A stretch of DNA of 64,000 nt from Bugula neritina (Eukaryota > Animalia > Bryozoa): positions 10,746,463 through 10,810,462 of the forward strand of contig OZ037770.1 of assembly GCA_964035545.1 (NCBI GenBank). The letters run 5' to 3'. The notes beneath the pieces were generated by a model. The model did not search any database. It had not been told where the DNA came from and saw only the letters and a program-made list of their open reading frames with translations. Both the position numbers and the translations under genes were made by a program. The first letter of the stretch is position 1; each line of letters begins with the position of its first letter. Below, one piece after another: positions 34,698 to 49,535 of this stretch.

Positions 34698-36057
34698 TAC
34701 ATATATACATATATACATATATACATATATACATTAATATAAATATATGTATATATACATATATACATATATACATAAATTTAAATATATATATATACAT
34801 ATATATATAAAATATATATATAATATATATAATATTATATTATTTTATCATTTTTGCAACAATCAAAACATATGAATATAATATGATTGTTGAAGATTAA
34901 CGTAAATAACTTAAACTCAATGTTGATTCTAAAAACCATTGTTGCCCACTTCACTTGCAGCAATTTTGTGTACACAGCTAGTAGATTTTATCTTAACATG
35001 TACTGTATTGCTATGATTATATTGATATAAATGTAATATTAATATGGATTTATCTGTATTATTAACTCACCTGTTCTGTATTTTGAACAGCATACTAAAC
35101 CTTGAAGAACTGGGTAAGCAACATTTTTATCACTAAGAATTTCTCTATGTAATGTATTTCTTCAGTGCATGATTGCAGTTGTATGTTCAATATATAGTTA
35201 GAATATTGCTTAATAAAACGGTTGTGTAGTCTTCATTGATATAAATTATTTTTTCTAATGTATAAATGTATATAACTTTTATATGTACTTACTTACCCTG
35301 GCAAGTAGACATGTTATACATGTGATGGAATCATGTAATTTGAATATATACGCTAGTTTCTTATACTTGCTCTCGTTTATAACCGTGGACGAGTTTATTA
35401 CTACAGATGAGTGTTAAACTTATTGTATGCAACCATATACATGATAATATGTTGTGTAGTAATGAGTCCAGTAGCAACATTTATCTTTTTTCGAGTACTA
35501 ATGTATACCAACTAAGACCAGTTGCGTCCGAAAATATGTATATGCTTCAAAGATTATCCGAAGACTCTCAAACTTATACATGTTGATAGAGCATAACAAA
35601 CAGTTCATCTAAATTATATTTAATATATATATATTTTATCGAACGTTCTGAAATTATATGAGTAAAAAGAATTTTATCCATGCAACTAAAAGCTTTTACC
35701 ATAACCTTAACTAATGCCTGTTTGTTATGATTATAGATAAATGTTTTCGTGTTGAGAAACCAAAGACAGTTCTGCAAAGGTTTATAGGATATTTGTAAGT
35801 ATTTTTAACTATAAATATAAGTACATCTACATGAATAACAAAGGCAGTTAGTTATATTCTGCTATAATATTATCGAAATCAGTCATTTCACAGGCATGCT
35901 CTTGTAAATTAATAAATATAAGTGTAAAGAATAATTCTCCAAAACAACACAATTTCTATTCAAATTTAATATTTATAAAAGCAATTTGCTTAAAGCTGTT
36001 GGCTGTGAACTTTCATTATTAGGAATTGAAGACATAACTTATTTTTTGATATTTTAG

Positions 36058-39000
36058 TTATGATGTTGAACCTCCGCATATTCCAAATACATTGGAAGGT
36101 AAATTTTCTTTTAGTTTCTATAATATAGTGTTATACATTTATTTTTATACTGTTTTATTCATAGTAGTCAACTTTTATAGCTTTTGTTAAATTATCATGC
36201 ATTTCTTTTTAGGTTAAGACTTTTAAGTTGAATTTTTTCAATACGATATATAGTATAGCATGTTCAATGCTTTTTACCTCTTGTATTACTTACATGCACC
36301 AACTCACGCCACTTGAATAGTCAAACTTTGAGTTGGAAGAGAATGTGTTATATATTCATAGTTTTCTCTATCAAATCATTTCTAATATAGCCAGCTGACA
36401 AGTTGTGTTGAAACAAGTCTTAATATATAATCTGATCTATAAACTTACAGTATGTTGGAGTTATTGCCTCCCACTAATGGTGAAGATAATCTCACAGGCT
36501 AATGCTGCCATAAATTATCTCCAGCTAGATGGGTAAGTAGAGAGTAAATTCCTACTAAACTATGTCTGGTCTAAACAATTACCTTTTTTTAAAGAAACTT
36601 AAAGTAGTTAAGAAGATGCTAAATTATTTATTGTTTAGCAAGAAACAGTTCTTTATTATAGAAGCAGGTTTCACGTGCAAAAATTAAAAAAATTATTTCA
36701 ACAAGCTTAATAGAAGAATGCTTTTTCCTGAAACAAAGTTTGACCCAACGATCACATCTGTCTTTTCTCCTCACAAATATAGTTTATCAGCTTTATATTC
36801 CAGAATGACTTATATGAGAGAGGTCCTGTTTCTTGCTACTGTGACTCTAATAATGGTGACTGTCAAAAGACGTAAACAGAAAGTGTCAGACAACTCCAAT
36901 CTAATAGTGTCGGGGGTGTCATCTCGTAGCACCGAGACCTCTTGTTCACTAAGAACTCATACTGGGTGTCAGAGTGAGTTATTATGTGTTGTAAACTAGT
37001 ATAACATAATGTGATGTAATATAGTTTACTTCAATATAATATAATACATAAGATATAATATAATGCAGTACATCATACAGTATAAAATAAGACATTTTGA
37101 TGCAATATATTATGTCACATGTGGTATTTATGTGTTGTAATATAATGTGATGCTATATTAATATGTTACAATAATAATAATATTATGCGATTAAATAAAT
37201 TTTTATATATCTCACATTTTGATATTATTAGTTGCATAATATAACATAATATAACATAATAAATTGCATGAATATCTGTAAAGAATTCAATTTAGGAGGC
37301 TTTTAGATTTATTTTTTTTAATATTTAAGTTTTTTATTGCTGCAAATTTTAAAATTTTAAAAACAAACATTTGAAAAAAGTGATAATCAGAAATTTGACT
37401 TAGCAAAAGGTCTATGCAAAGATGTATTTTGATCATTTTTTTCACTTTTTAGAGTCTGTTCATGCATACCGATGTCTTTTTATTCATTGAAAGTTGTTCT
37501 ATTTTGTAGCTGATGTCACAAAAGAAAGGCCATCCATAAGGACTAAAACAGCTTTCACACAAACATTGGTGAAAGAAACTTGCGAAATAGCCGTTCAAGC
37601 AAACAGCAAAGTCGGTTGTGATGCTTCAAGTCAGATAAGTAAAAATGTGACCCATGAAATTGGCAGTCAGACATTTACCACATCTACTACAAACGGACAG
37701 ACACAAACCGATGTAGTATCTGCTCAGAATAAGAAAATTCAAACCACTGTACCAAATACTCAAGATGAGAAAAGCCAAACTTATATACCATCTGCTCAGA
37801 ATGAAAACACGCAGATAGATGTTGCTGTGAATTTCCAAACTACTGGCATTCAGAGTAAGCATTTTTATTGAACAATTATAGAGAAAATTGCCTTTCAATA
37901 ATTTTAATGTTTATATTTAAAGCAAGAAATTTTATAATATGTGTTTTGTTTTAAATGAAAAAACTAAGTAGAAATTTTGAGAATTAAAGTAAATTATTTA
38001 ATTTTAGCCACTAATCCAGTCAACTCAAATGACCAATGTCAGAATTATTTAAAAAACTTAGAGGACACCCGGTTTCAGAGTGACAGGTGTTTATTAGAAG
38101 CAATTGGCAATCCAACATCTCAAAAGCCATCCAACCCAGCGTCAACAATCAGCAAGAATTCTCTTAAAGCGAAAGTCACAAGAAGGGATCGAAATAGGAC
38201 AACACTTGTTGGTCTTGATCAGTTTTTTAAGCAGAGAGCGGCCCAAGAAACTGTTGCTCCTACAGAGTCGAGCTACCCGAGTGTGTCAGTCACAGGAACT
38301 AAGTCAGGAGACAACGATGAGGATTCCATAAACCTTAGTGTCTCCTTAACTACAAATACCACACCAGTAGACAAGAAAGTAGAAGTTAAAAACTTCCGTG
38401 GTATTTCTAAGGGTACCATGGGAACATCGATGATTAACAAACAAAAAAAAGCTTATGATATTGAGAACGACAATTTAAAGTCAACAACAGCAATTCCTGA
38501 GAATAACGCAGCACCAGCTAATGATGAGATTAAACTAAATGTCACTATAATGAGTGGACAGACACCGTTTCAAGCCCAAGCCAATGTCAAGGAGTTAAAG
38601 AAAAAAGCTCTTGTCAATGAAAGAGTCAAAAATATTGCTACAAATGCAACAAAAGTGTTGTTTAAACCTAACCTGGGTTTAGTCATTGAAAACAGCGAGC
38701 CGGCACCTAATATTGGCAGCATGAACGAAGCTGCCAATGATGTGACCACTTCCAACATTAGCAGATTCAGAGCCGCAGTTACTGAAGAAGATGAACAAGA
38801 TTCAGTGGGATATGACGGAGACGAGAGAAATAAGAACCGAGTGTTAAATTGGAAGACAACTCCAGCTTAGCCTGTGCTTCAGTGAGACTGATGTATCCTG
38901 CTTTCATATGAAAAGATTCAGTAAGTAGAGAACGCAGCCAAATGTTAGCATCACTTGAAGCTTAGCTGAGTATATCTGTGAATTAGTTGAGTTTACTGAT

Positions 39001-39370
39001 AGTTACTGATACACACGTTTCATTACTTAGTAACTCATTAGAACAAGTTGTAACATTCTTTTTTGTTACTATATATATACAATCAAATATATAGAAATAT
39101 CATCCCTGTGATTTTTATCGCAATTTAACCAAAAATTTTGTTCTTACCACTTTAAAATAAGCACAAATAAAATATATCATAATTGTATTTTTTGCAATAA
39201 CTAAATTCATAAAAGTTCATTGCGGCCTGCTAAGATATAATACATTTAATGGCTTTATTTATTTCTATGCTGCTGTAGGTAGTGCTCATTCAGTGAAGAA
39301 ATCTAAAATACCGAGACCAGTGACATCAGCTGGTTCTCCCGCACCTTTAAAGAAAAGAATCCATTCTTAA
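36058..39370 (+). CDS. Uncharacterised TM-anchored, largely disordered protein with tandem TQT-like motifs and a C-terminal SxIP; apparent +1 frameshift near 38847
   Basis: Phase-compatible exons 36058-36098, 36451-~36532, ~36804-36973 (VLFLATVTLIMVTVKRRK), 37510-37854 (TQT repeats), 38008-38920, 39279-39370 (KKSKIPRP...HS*). 5' start not located. Confidence 0.6.
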
Positions 39371-40654
39371 AAGCAAATATTGCTTATCTCTGTTTGAAAC
39401 TCTGTTTTTAAATAACTCAGCAAATAATGACACGGCAGCAAGTCATAATTCTTTATATAAAAATAGTTTATCAATGTCAAGTGTAGAAACCCTTATATCA
39501 AAATACTGTCAATTAACTCTTAAACTTCCAAATCATCAATGTTTTCACATTTTGGCAGTTTTCATTTTAAGTGTCATTGAGATAAATATTAGAACTATTA
39601 TTAGATTTGAAAACTGACAGTAGTAAATTTGTATAGGTACTTATTTATGTTTTAAAAAAATCTGAAAATCTTAAAAAAAATTTAATTTTCATTTATTCAA
39701 TTATGTTTTTTAAACATTAAATGACAAAATTTTAGCATTTCTCTTTTTAACAAAATCTCTAGATGCCCAGAATTTAAATATAAGAAAAAATTATAATATG
39801 TATTATTCTAAATTATTAATATTTTCAAACACTGTGCGTCTATTCATGAATAAGCTGCATTCCTTTGTTAATTGATGAAAGAAAATATTTTTTGCTTTAT
39901 GTTATGAAGTTGACTAAATATTCTATTTGCAAATAATTGTTTTTATTTATAAAAAAAATCAAATCTTCTTGCAAAAATATTCAAATGTAGCATTACTATT
40001 TTTGTTGTTGAAGCTATACTATATGAGTTATTATACACCCTGCTAAAAGCAATAATCTATGGTATTTTTTATTAAAAAAAAATAAAACATTCATTACTTT
40101 GAAAGGAACACTCAATTTATTGCTTTCAAACACACAAGGCAATTTATAAGCTATAAACAATATGCAGTTAGCGGAGTCAATGAAATACTATAGCATAAGA
40201 TATCGCTAAATTGTAAATAGATACATCACTGCCTTGCAAGATTTGCTAAATATAACATGAAATAATACAATGTAGTACAATATAGTATAATATGTTATAA
40301 TATAATGTAATAGTCATAGTAAATATGTTGGTTAGCTATTAAACTTAGGTTATATTAAAGCATATCAATAATTATAATAATAGGCCTAATAATGAAAAAC
40401 TTAGTTTAAATTTTGTTTTTTATAAATAATAATACTGCGTAGTAGCTGTGGAAAGTATACCCCCCCCCACCCCCCACAGTACCGTCTATACCTAAGTAAT
40501 TGTAATATATTACAAGGCATAAAAGTTCCAATAAGCTACAACTCCGTTAGCAATACCGCAACTTTATATTGACACTTCCTCACTCTCTCACTCACCGGAA
40601 CCCTATATATTAGCCAATCAGGACCAACCTCTTAGATATAAACATTGCTTTTTA

Positions 40655-41125
40655 TCACTTTGCCTCAAGTTGCGTTTATACCTCTGATGAAAAAAGTATC
40701 GAGTTTCAGTTAATAGCGCTTGTCCGGGTAACCCTTTGTAGTCAAACTGAAACTTGTTGAAATCATATTGATGCAGAAGTTTACTTTTTATAAATGACTT
40801 TGACTCGCCTAATCGCTATTTGATGCCCTTTGTAAACATTGCGAAATAGTAGAGTTGACAGCATAAAAGCAATAATTGAGAAGACGTAGGCAATATGATT
40901 ATTAACATTTCAGTACATCATCTAATCGCCAAAGTCATAACTATAAAACAATGTTTACATTACTCCTTTTGAGTGTTATTCTGAAATCAGCTGATTAATT
41001 TTTCTCATCATAAAAATTTTTGCGAGTGATGTTTACAATGCAATGCAACTCGAAGAAATTTCAACTCGGCCAAATTGTTTTTTAACTGAAACTCATGAAG
41101 GTATAAACGCAACCTCAGCCAGAGG
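40655..41125. mobile_element. Putative MITE with imperfect TIRs
   Basis: ttgcgtttatacct...gagtttcagttaa (40670-40713) versus ttaactgaaactc...aggtataaacgcaa (41082-41113). Confidence 0.55.
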
Positions 41126-44019
41126 ATAACTGTGAGATAGATAGAGATAACCCTGTATAACTGCTTTCGATATTATAATCTTTTGCTATTTTTTATGACT
41201 ATGTGCATGGTTGTATGTAATTAGACTTCCAATACAGTTTTTTCTGAAACGTCAACTGTCAATTGGTTCTTCCCATAACCTTATAGGTAAATATGCAGTA
41301 GTAACACATGCATATAACAATAACCCCTCACTTATAGTAGTCCACAAAACTACAACAATACTAATAAGCAAATATAGCAATACTAATGGTGTTAGTATTA
41401 ATAATTAGTAATAGTAGCAGTCATAGTAAATGTAACATTATAATATACTCATCACTAATGACTTACAACATTAGTTATTGTTTCTTCAGTAATGAGTTTG
41501 TTAATATTAATTCTACTTATCGTATGCATGCCAATACTCATTTGCTGTTACAGTTACTCATACTCATGGTGATAGCAATGATTATATTTATTTTATAATT
41601 TATACTTGCATATTTATATAGTTGGCTAAATTATTGCTTCTATTGGTATCTAAAATTGAAGTTTTGTTTTGCTGTAACTAGTTTGCGTTTAGCTACTACA
41701 TGCATGTGTGCATGCGTGTGTGCATGCGTGTGTGCATGACATAGCATCCACGAGTACAATATAGTTCCTTGCTAACAATTGCTGTACGAGTATTGCTAAA
41801 GCATATGTAAGTAAATGCAATATATTGCGCAGTGATAGTGCTGGGTAATCTCTTGCACAAAACAATGTAATAAACTCATATGTGCCAAAATAAATCTTCA
41901 CAAATTGACACTATGTGCAACTTGTTATAGATTTGCTCAAAATAATATCAACTTGGTGTGCGTATGTTTATTAGTTATATTTTTTATTTACTATTTGTAA
42001 ACTACAAAAGAGTAGTCAGCAAGTAGTTTGACTTGAATTGACTGTTTCCATGGCAATTAATAAGATTAACTCACTGTATAAAACCTGCTTTTTTACATTT
42101 ATTAAAACACCACAACACAAAACTATGTAAAAATTAAATCGCTGGGGAAAACTTTCTTTACTTATACAGTAAAACTAATATCAGATAATTTAGACCTAGA
42201 GGTGCGTTCCATTTGGTCAACTGCTGTGTTTTTTTGTAGATATCTAAGAGTTATCTTCTCATATCCACGGAGCACAATAACATTATTTTACTCACGGTGT
42301 AGCATTTACTCAGCTACCATAATAGAAATCTTGCTGCATGGGCAGATATAATGCTACGTACAGCGCATTTCCCCTGGTTAAGTAATACAACTGTAAATGT
42401 TTAACAGTGTTGTCAGTTTTTTGTTGTTTTGAACAAATATATAAAACTATAGTTGCTTTTCTGCATTTCAGAATTACTCTATTCTATAACCTGAATTTTT
42501 CATATATAGCACATTATGCAATGACTATACATAATATCTGTATTTATAGTAAACTTTATATCAAAACAACAATGAATCTTTTAAAATATCAGCTATATAC
42601 TAGCTACGCTGCACGTGGCTTTAGCTTAATTCCAAGCTAAAGGTGCAATAAATAAGATTTGCAAATTTTGTTTATGATGTGTAATTGCATGGCTATACAA
42701 GTGCTAATTTAACAATATACTACCAACTATGGTTTATAGGATTGGTAGTTTAGAGCTAGCTCTAAATAGACATTGTGTTGACAAGGGTTGCTTGTTAAAG
42801 TTTGATCTAAGTCAAAGAATATGCAACAGTAGCTGAGATGACAGAAAAAATATATAAAAAATTAATTGAAATTTACTAGAACTGTAACTGTAAATATATG
42901 CTCAAAGCTCAAAATTAAATTCCTTTGGTTACCATCATCAGTTTTTGACTGAATATGATGAGAGTTATCTTCTCAACCTGGAACTATTCCTTTGAAGTTT
43001 TACTCTGTATGAATAGTTATATAGCAGTCATGTCTAAATGTGGAACTGGTTATTATCATATATATAGAGCTTATATGACTTATACTAGTTCATCAGATCA
43101 CAGATGTAACTTGTGCTGATATATATATTATAGTTTGTATATACACTGTACCGGTTTCGTGTTAGTGTCTGGTTGAATGATATACTTTAACTACTAGCCA
43201 ACTTGGCAACAGGTTTTCAAGTTTATTTACTCTCAAATCATACCCTAGAAAAATGGGAAAAAAATAGAAATTGTATAAGTAAGTAGTAACAATATATAAA
43301 TCAAAAGTCAGAGAAACACCATGAACATCACAGAACCAAACAAATTGACATGAGCTATTATAATTCTAATAAAACTTACAATATTGATGCATAGATAAAC
43401 TTTTTAGCCATCACAATGCCAAAACCGATGGTCTATTCTCACAAAGAGAGTAAATATTGGAGTCTAACTGTGTGCTCGTATAATGCTAAAAATGCTCCTC
43501 TCTGGCTGTTTGATTATGACACGCTGACTCGTGCAGTACAGTGAATTATAGCACTAGCCCTGCCAGCTAATAAAAGCTTTGGTGAAAGCTTTAAAGCCTG
43601 AAAGCTTTAATGATTGGCGGCATGCCAATATACATCTTGGTGGCATACCAATACATACACTATTTATGTGATAGTATACTTACATCATTGCAATCGTTAT
43701 TACTAGGCATCTGTAAGTTAGAGGTAAAACATTGATGCACCAAGCATTTGGAAAACTCACTCATATTTTAAGTATGGTGAAATATGAATAACAAAACAAA
43801 AATCAAACTCATTATTATTATTCTAACATTTGCAATTGCAGTATTTAAAGAGTGAAATGTGTGTAAATATCTTGTGAAGTGAAACTACATTACATAATCA
43901 AAAACACTTTCAAATCTTAATATTAATGCTATAACTTTCGCAATCATTCAACTTTACAGAATTTCTGTAAAAACATATATACATATTTGTGGAGACATAA
44001 AGAAGGCAACAGCTTAAAT

Positions 44020-44373
44020 CAGGGCTGCATACATGTTCAAAAGGCAGCCCCAGGGCCAGATGTGGCCCTCAGCCTACATTTATGTGGCCCTCAAAAGCAT
44101 AACAGATAAAATTATTTTGCACATGTATATGAATTAAAGAGGGAAAAACCACCTTTTAAATGTCTTGTTTTTATATATTATGCTAAAAACACGTGTAGCC
44201 TGCAGTAAATATGGGGACTTCATTGCATAACGGTTCATAGGAATTTGAAATGAAGTTATTTGAAAATTACTGATGCTGTGACCCTCAGCCTAAGCTAAAT
44301 TTTTCAATATGGCCTTGCCATGAAATAATCTATTTTAGTATAGCCTTCACTCTAAAAAGGTTGGACACCCCTG
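44020..44373. mobile_element. hAT (Charlie-like) non-autonomous element
   Basis: CAGGG...CCCCTG termini (right TIR CAGGGGTGTCCAACC), subterminal tggccc repeats, 8-bp TSD remnant GCTTAAAT/GTTTAGAT. Confidence 0.75.
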
Positions 44374-44689
44374 GTTTAGATTTTTAACCAATCAGTGAAA
44401 TTTTGGCCCAAGAATCAACAAACAAGGATATTTTTGAGTACCGAATAAAAAAAATGTTGTTATATAATTATATTTATAAAACATGCTAAAAACTAAAAAT
44501 TAAACAAAACAAGCACTCACTTTTCAATGAGTCTTTTAGTTTATATTTCATAAACCTATAATTATGATTAAGTTTAAATTGTGGCTCAATTACACACAAT
44601 GTAATTTCATTCAATGACACCTCATGTTTTTAAATTAACATATTATGTATGGAGTGCCAAATGGTCAAAAATTCCCTATTATTGAATCT

Positions 44690-44980
44690 CATATGCTTAT
44701 AATAAAGTATCTAACCATTATTCTCTCTCATATGCTCACAAAACGCTCTCATTGGTCTATAATTTGCTCTCATACCCTTATTATTTGTGCTCTTATAGGT
44801 CTATTATTTGGTCTCACACTGTCATTATTCATTCCCAGCATACCCATATTTCTCTTCCTTTTATGCTCATTATTCAGTCCCATACCTCCATTATGCACTC
44901 TCATACCCCTATTATTTGCTCTGTTATAGTCATTATTCATTCTCTTGTGCTTATTATTCTCTCTCATACCCTTATTACTG
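44690..44980. repeat. Degenerate ~21-bp minisatellite (cttattattctctctcatacc-like)
   Basis: Recurrent ttattattc / ctctcatacc units. Confidence 0.7.
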
Positions 44981-46206
44981 TTTTGCTTTTGCGCCTGATT
45001 TTGACTCACTAGTACTTGTGTACACGTCACAATAGTTGAGTATATGCCAGTCTATTCGGGTCACACTACTAAGCTCCACCCCATTTATCAAATCTGATTG
45101 GATAACTGCAATGCCACCAAGAGTAATAATAAATGCTGGGTGGGTGCCTAGGTTTAGTTGGCCATTCTTCATTCATAAGTATCAGTCTAGGAGCGCACAA
45201 CTCATACCAGCTAGATTCTTATCTCAATATTAACTTTTAAGCTAAATCACCCCTGGCAAATTTACAGATAGGTTGGGCTTGCAAGTTCCTATAATAACTA
45301 TTCAAACAGAATAGTGTTTGCTTTAAACTTCTAGTTTGAGATAGAATTGCTCAAATTTTTATAGGTGGTGTTCAAAATGCAGCTTAGCAGTTCACAGATA
45401 ATTGAAGGTAAAAAATCTTATTAAATAAATAGCTGACAAGCTAAATATTTGCTTTTTAATTCAATGCCAAAATACTAAAATTAACAGTTGGTTATTTTCA
45501 CTAACTTCAAATGCAACAAACCATTATTAAATTATGAGCTGCCAGTCAATTTTATCAGGTTCATAAGTGTAACTGCCAGCCTAGATTGACATGAAGTTTC
45601 ATACAGGTGTATTTTTTAGTGTAGTTTGTTTTCCACCAAAGTTGTTCACACCATTTACACCGTGAAACTCTTTCGCCCTTTCTAGGAGAGAGTTAATATA
45701 AGTAAGAAATATTTTACACCATGTGGTTGTGAGAATAGCTAATATACGAAAGTAAAATATGTAAATATCTGAATTATAGAACCCTGCCACCTTAGGGTTC
45801 TACTGTTGTGTCCTGGCTAAATGTATATGTTTGTTTTACTCATTATATGAAAAAGTTGATGCATTTGTTTTCTTAGCCATCATTTTGAGTGCAATATCAG
45901 AATGTGCTTGATTGTAAAGCAGTCAGCTAGTTGTTATAGGGAGTGCAGTCAGTGCAGAATAAAACATTTTACTCTTTCACATACACGCAATCCACCTTGT
46001 TACACTTACTAGAATAGTCATGAGGATTAAAACGGTAACATTTTAATGTGAAAAGTGACAAAACAAAGTGCTAAAAATACCAAAAAAAATTGATGACTCA
46101 TGGCTGTTGAAATATGTGACAACACAAAGGCAGTGGTGGATTTATGCTTAGTGTGGCAATGTCTGTAAAATTTTATAATGGATTTTAAAACTTCAAAATT
46201 TCTTTT

Positions 46207-46889
46207 TCACCCCAGCAACTGCTGCCCAGCACTAAACCGGGGTGATGTCATTACAGCTGCTGTTGTAGTATCAAAAAATGGCTTCAAATCTTTGTTCGTG
46301 GTGTAGGTTACAGAAGACGCACCACTGTCACATGGTTTCAGAGTTGTCTCTCTTGACAGAACACACCTGGCTTCATTATCATCATAGGTAACTCCTTGAC
46401 AGTCAATGTTTGATCTCAGGCATTCTTTCACACACTTTCTCAGACTATAAACTTGTTCCACAGTCTGATCTGCATGAGTCACACAGCTACCATCAGGCTG
46501 TTTTACCATCAAGATGGAATTGACATCGGCCTATAATATACATTGAAATTATAATGCGTTAAACTGAGTATTGCTTAGTCTAAATGCATTTCAAAATTTA
46601 AAATGAGCTTTAAATATTAGCCCTTATGAAAAATCTCCAAAAGGTGATTTTTAAATGATTTACTTGCAATTATTTCAATTTCAACTACTTTTTATAGGCA
46701 GGCAGCAAGTTTACTAAAAGGTTCTACCACTTTTTCATTATTTAGTACTTTGAAAAATTAAATTCCAAAAGCAGCTATCTAAATAGAATATTGCCTTTAA
46801 ACTCAATTTTATTTAATTATTGGTTAAAGCTTTAGCTTAAGTATAAAAATAAAATAATAAGTATATCAGCATACCTGAGTGTAGCAAAT
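46207..46889 (-). CDS. PAN/Apple paralog (micro-exon + PAN exon; downstream lectin exons not found)
   Basis: 16-nt micro-exon 46874-46889 (tatttgctacactcag) and exon from 46530: ADVNSILMVKQPDGSCVTHADQTVEQVYSLRKCVKEC..., homologous to 1430-1700. Confidence 0.75.
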
Positions 46890-47834
46890 ACTGAAACAAA
46901 AAATCATGTTTACCAAAACAAGATATATTATGACTTTTATTCCTAATCGCATTTTAAAGCAAGCTACCATATCAAAATCTCAACTGCTAATCTATCAACC
47001 TTTTCCAGATATACAGGTCTATTTCATACCACTAAAAACAATCAATATAAAATATCGTTTATTAATATTAGTAGGACTAAAATTACCAAATCATTATTTA
47101 CTAATGATAAACTGTTTAATTGTCTTTGTGATGTGTTTAAAAAGTAATATGAAAAATAATACTTGCCAAATAAATATGTAGTTTAACATAAGTAGGTATT
47201 GCATGGAAATTATTCATAGTGATGCATTGTTTTCTAAAAAACGTTGTTTATTCATTGCACAACAAAATACTAATCACACAGCAATATTTTTTAATTATAA
47301 GTAAGGCTTTGCATATAGTAAACATTTTTGAACTCTTAATAGCACATACTCGGTATATAAGATTATTGGAATTTACTTAAATTTACCTATTTGAGCTATT
47401 GGAAAGGAGTATATTACATCTACTTAAATAATTTATAGATAATTTCTATTGAATAAATAGCCTATTTATATAAGAATATTTACTTTAATTATCTAAACCT
47501 TATATCAATATGAAATATCTTTAATACATTGGCATTAGACAAAAGGTAAGGCAAAATATAACTTACATTACTTTCAATAAAATTTTGTCCCACTGTGAAT
47601 ATTTATTGCACTTGTTCATTATCTGCACATGCATACCACAAATTTATTGGGGTATGAGCATGTTATTATTTGTGCTTTTATCTATACTACAATTATACCC
47701 TTTTAAAACATAAGAAGTAACAGAGTATATGCTAACATGAATCTACTGCTCAGATGGCCTCATGCAAATGAAGTTTTTCATATTAATTTTAACAGGTAAT
47801 TGCTTGAATGAAACTTTATATATATAATGTGTGC

Positions 47835-47929
<95 letters not shown>

Positions 47930-47933
<4 letters not shown>

Positions 47934-48290
47934 TTTTACTATTGCGAAGGTGTGGGCCATGGTACTCTGTTCTGTGCTGATGAGGGGACAAATCCCGAAA
48001 CAGCTGCTGTCCACAGATTGAGATATTACGCTCTCATTTAATGCTCAGCAATGACATTAAATGATTGAGCACTCTCACCATGGTCACAAACTCAAGCTGC
48101 TAGCATTTTGCAATGCTCGTGACTCCTAGGTGACCCCTAGAGTCACTTGAGCACTCTGGCTTGAGTTTACACACCTTTTAAATATGCTTTAGTAAAGCTA
48201 TAAGTTTTACTATTGCGAAGGTGTGGGCCATGGTACTCTGTTCTGTGCTGATGAGGGGACAAATCCCGAAACAGCTGCTGTCCACAGATT

Positions 48291-48296
<6 letters not shown>
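47930..48296 (+). ncRNA. Retrozyme-like repeat (271-bp unit, ~1.35 copies) with two intact hammerheads
   Basis: CTGATGA at 47977 and 48248; stem II GGGG acaaa TCCC; GAAA CAGCTGCTG TC CACAGA; embedded in (TA)n. Confidence 0.9.
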
Positions 48297-48355
<59 letters not shown>

Positions 48356-48375
48356 AAATATATATATATATATAT

Positions 48376-49523
48376 CAGGGTTGGGGTCAATTACATGTAA
48401 ATGTAATTAATTACAATTACAATTACATGAAGATTTGTCAATTACAATTACAATTATAATTACAGTTAAAATAAATGTAATTAATTACAATTACAATTAC
48501 ATGGCAATGTAATTAATTACAATTACAATTACTTTTGTTCTCATATAAATAAATAGAAGTCACTTCTAGGGTCTAACTACCAGGGGCAGTGTTGACAGTG
48601 GTGAACCTCTTTTATTTTCTACAGTGATACTATTATGTCATTCCATACCAAATCAACCAACTTTCAAGGGGTCCCACGTCCAACTCATATTTACACTAAA
48701 TAAACCTACACATGTTCAGATTACCATTCGTGAATATTTCTGGCCTGACACAAAAACATTTTGAGAAATTACTACTTTGGTGAACAAAGATTGGAAAATA
48801 TTTTGAGGAAAATTTGTGATTTATACTTTTAGACCAATTTATAAGCAATTTAAAATTTGATTAGGTGGGTATTTGCAATTTTTCAAAATTTACAAAGATT
48901 TGTTCATATTCAATGACTTTGCATATAAGCGCACAAAGTATTCTGTAATATGTGTTGCTACTAGTGCAAATTGATAGGTATTATCAAATCACACAGCAAA
49001 TTTTAAGGCTCAGTCTAGAAAAATGATTGAGATATAGACGTTTATAGATTAGTCTCAAAGTAGAAATCACAAATTTTCCTCAAAATGTTTCTCAACCTTT
49101 GTCCACAAAAGTAGTCAGTTCTCAGAAAAAATTTGTGTCAGGTCAGAAATACTGAAGAAGAGTACGTGAGGCATTTGTAGGTCTATTTGGTGTAAACATG
49201 AACAAAATCTGCGAAGCAAATAGACGCGGGCAATTCGGTGAGCTGGCATGGAATGACCCTACTTTACTGACCTAACTATCTGAATTTGTTATTTACCAAT
49301 AGGCATTGTAGAAAAAGGAGTTTTTTAAGATTTAAAAGTTTGAAGTAATTGACATGTAATTATAAAGTAATTGTAAAAATCAATTACATTAGATATGTAA
49401 TTAATTACAATTACAATTACAATTACATTTTTAAACCTCAATTACAAATTACATTCAATTACTTGAAAAAATGTAATTAATTACAGCCAATTACAATTAC
49501 AAATTACAATTACCCCAACCCTG
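48376..49523. mobile_element. Non-autonomous hAT-like DNA transposon with (AATTAC)n subterminal arrays
   Basis: 12-bp TIR CAGGGTTGGGGT / ACCCCAACCCTG; many aattac/gtaatt motifs at both ends; inserted in (TA)n. Confidence 0.85.
48635..49259. mobile_element. Nested MITE with ~200-bp imperfect TIRs
   Basis: gtcattccatacca versus tggcatggaatgaccc; ttttgaggaaaatttgtgattt versus aaatcacaaattttcctcaaaa. Confidence 0.7.
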
Positions 49524-49535
49524 ATATATATATAT

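Noticed and set aside
44975-45240. Short minus-strand ORF as a downstream exon of the 46-kb PAN paralog
   Set aside because: No visible similarity to the lectin-like exons and no confident splice model.
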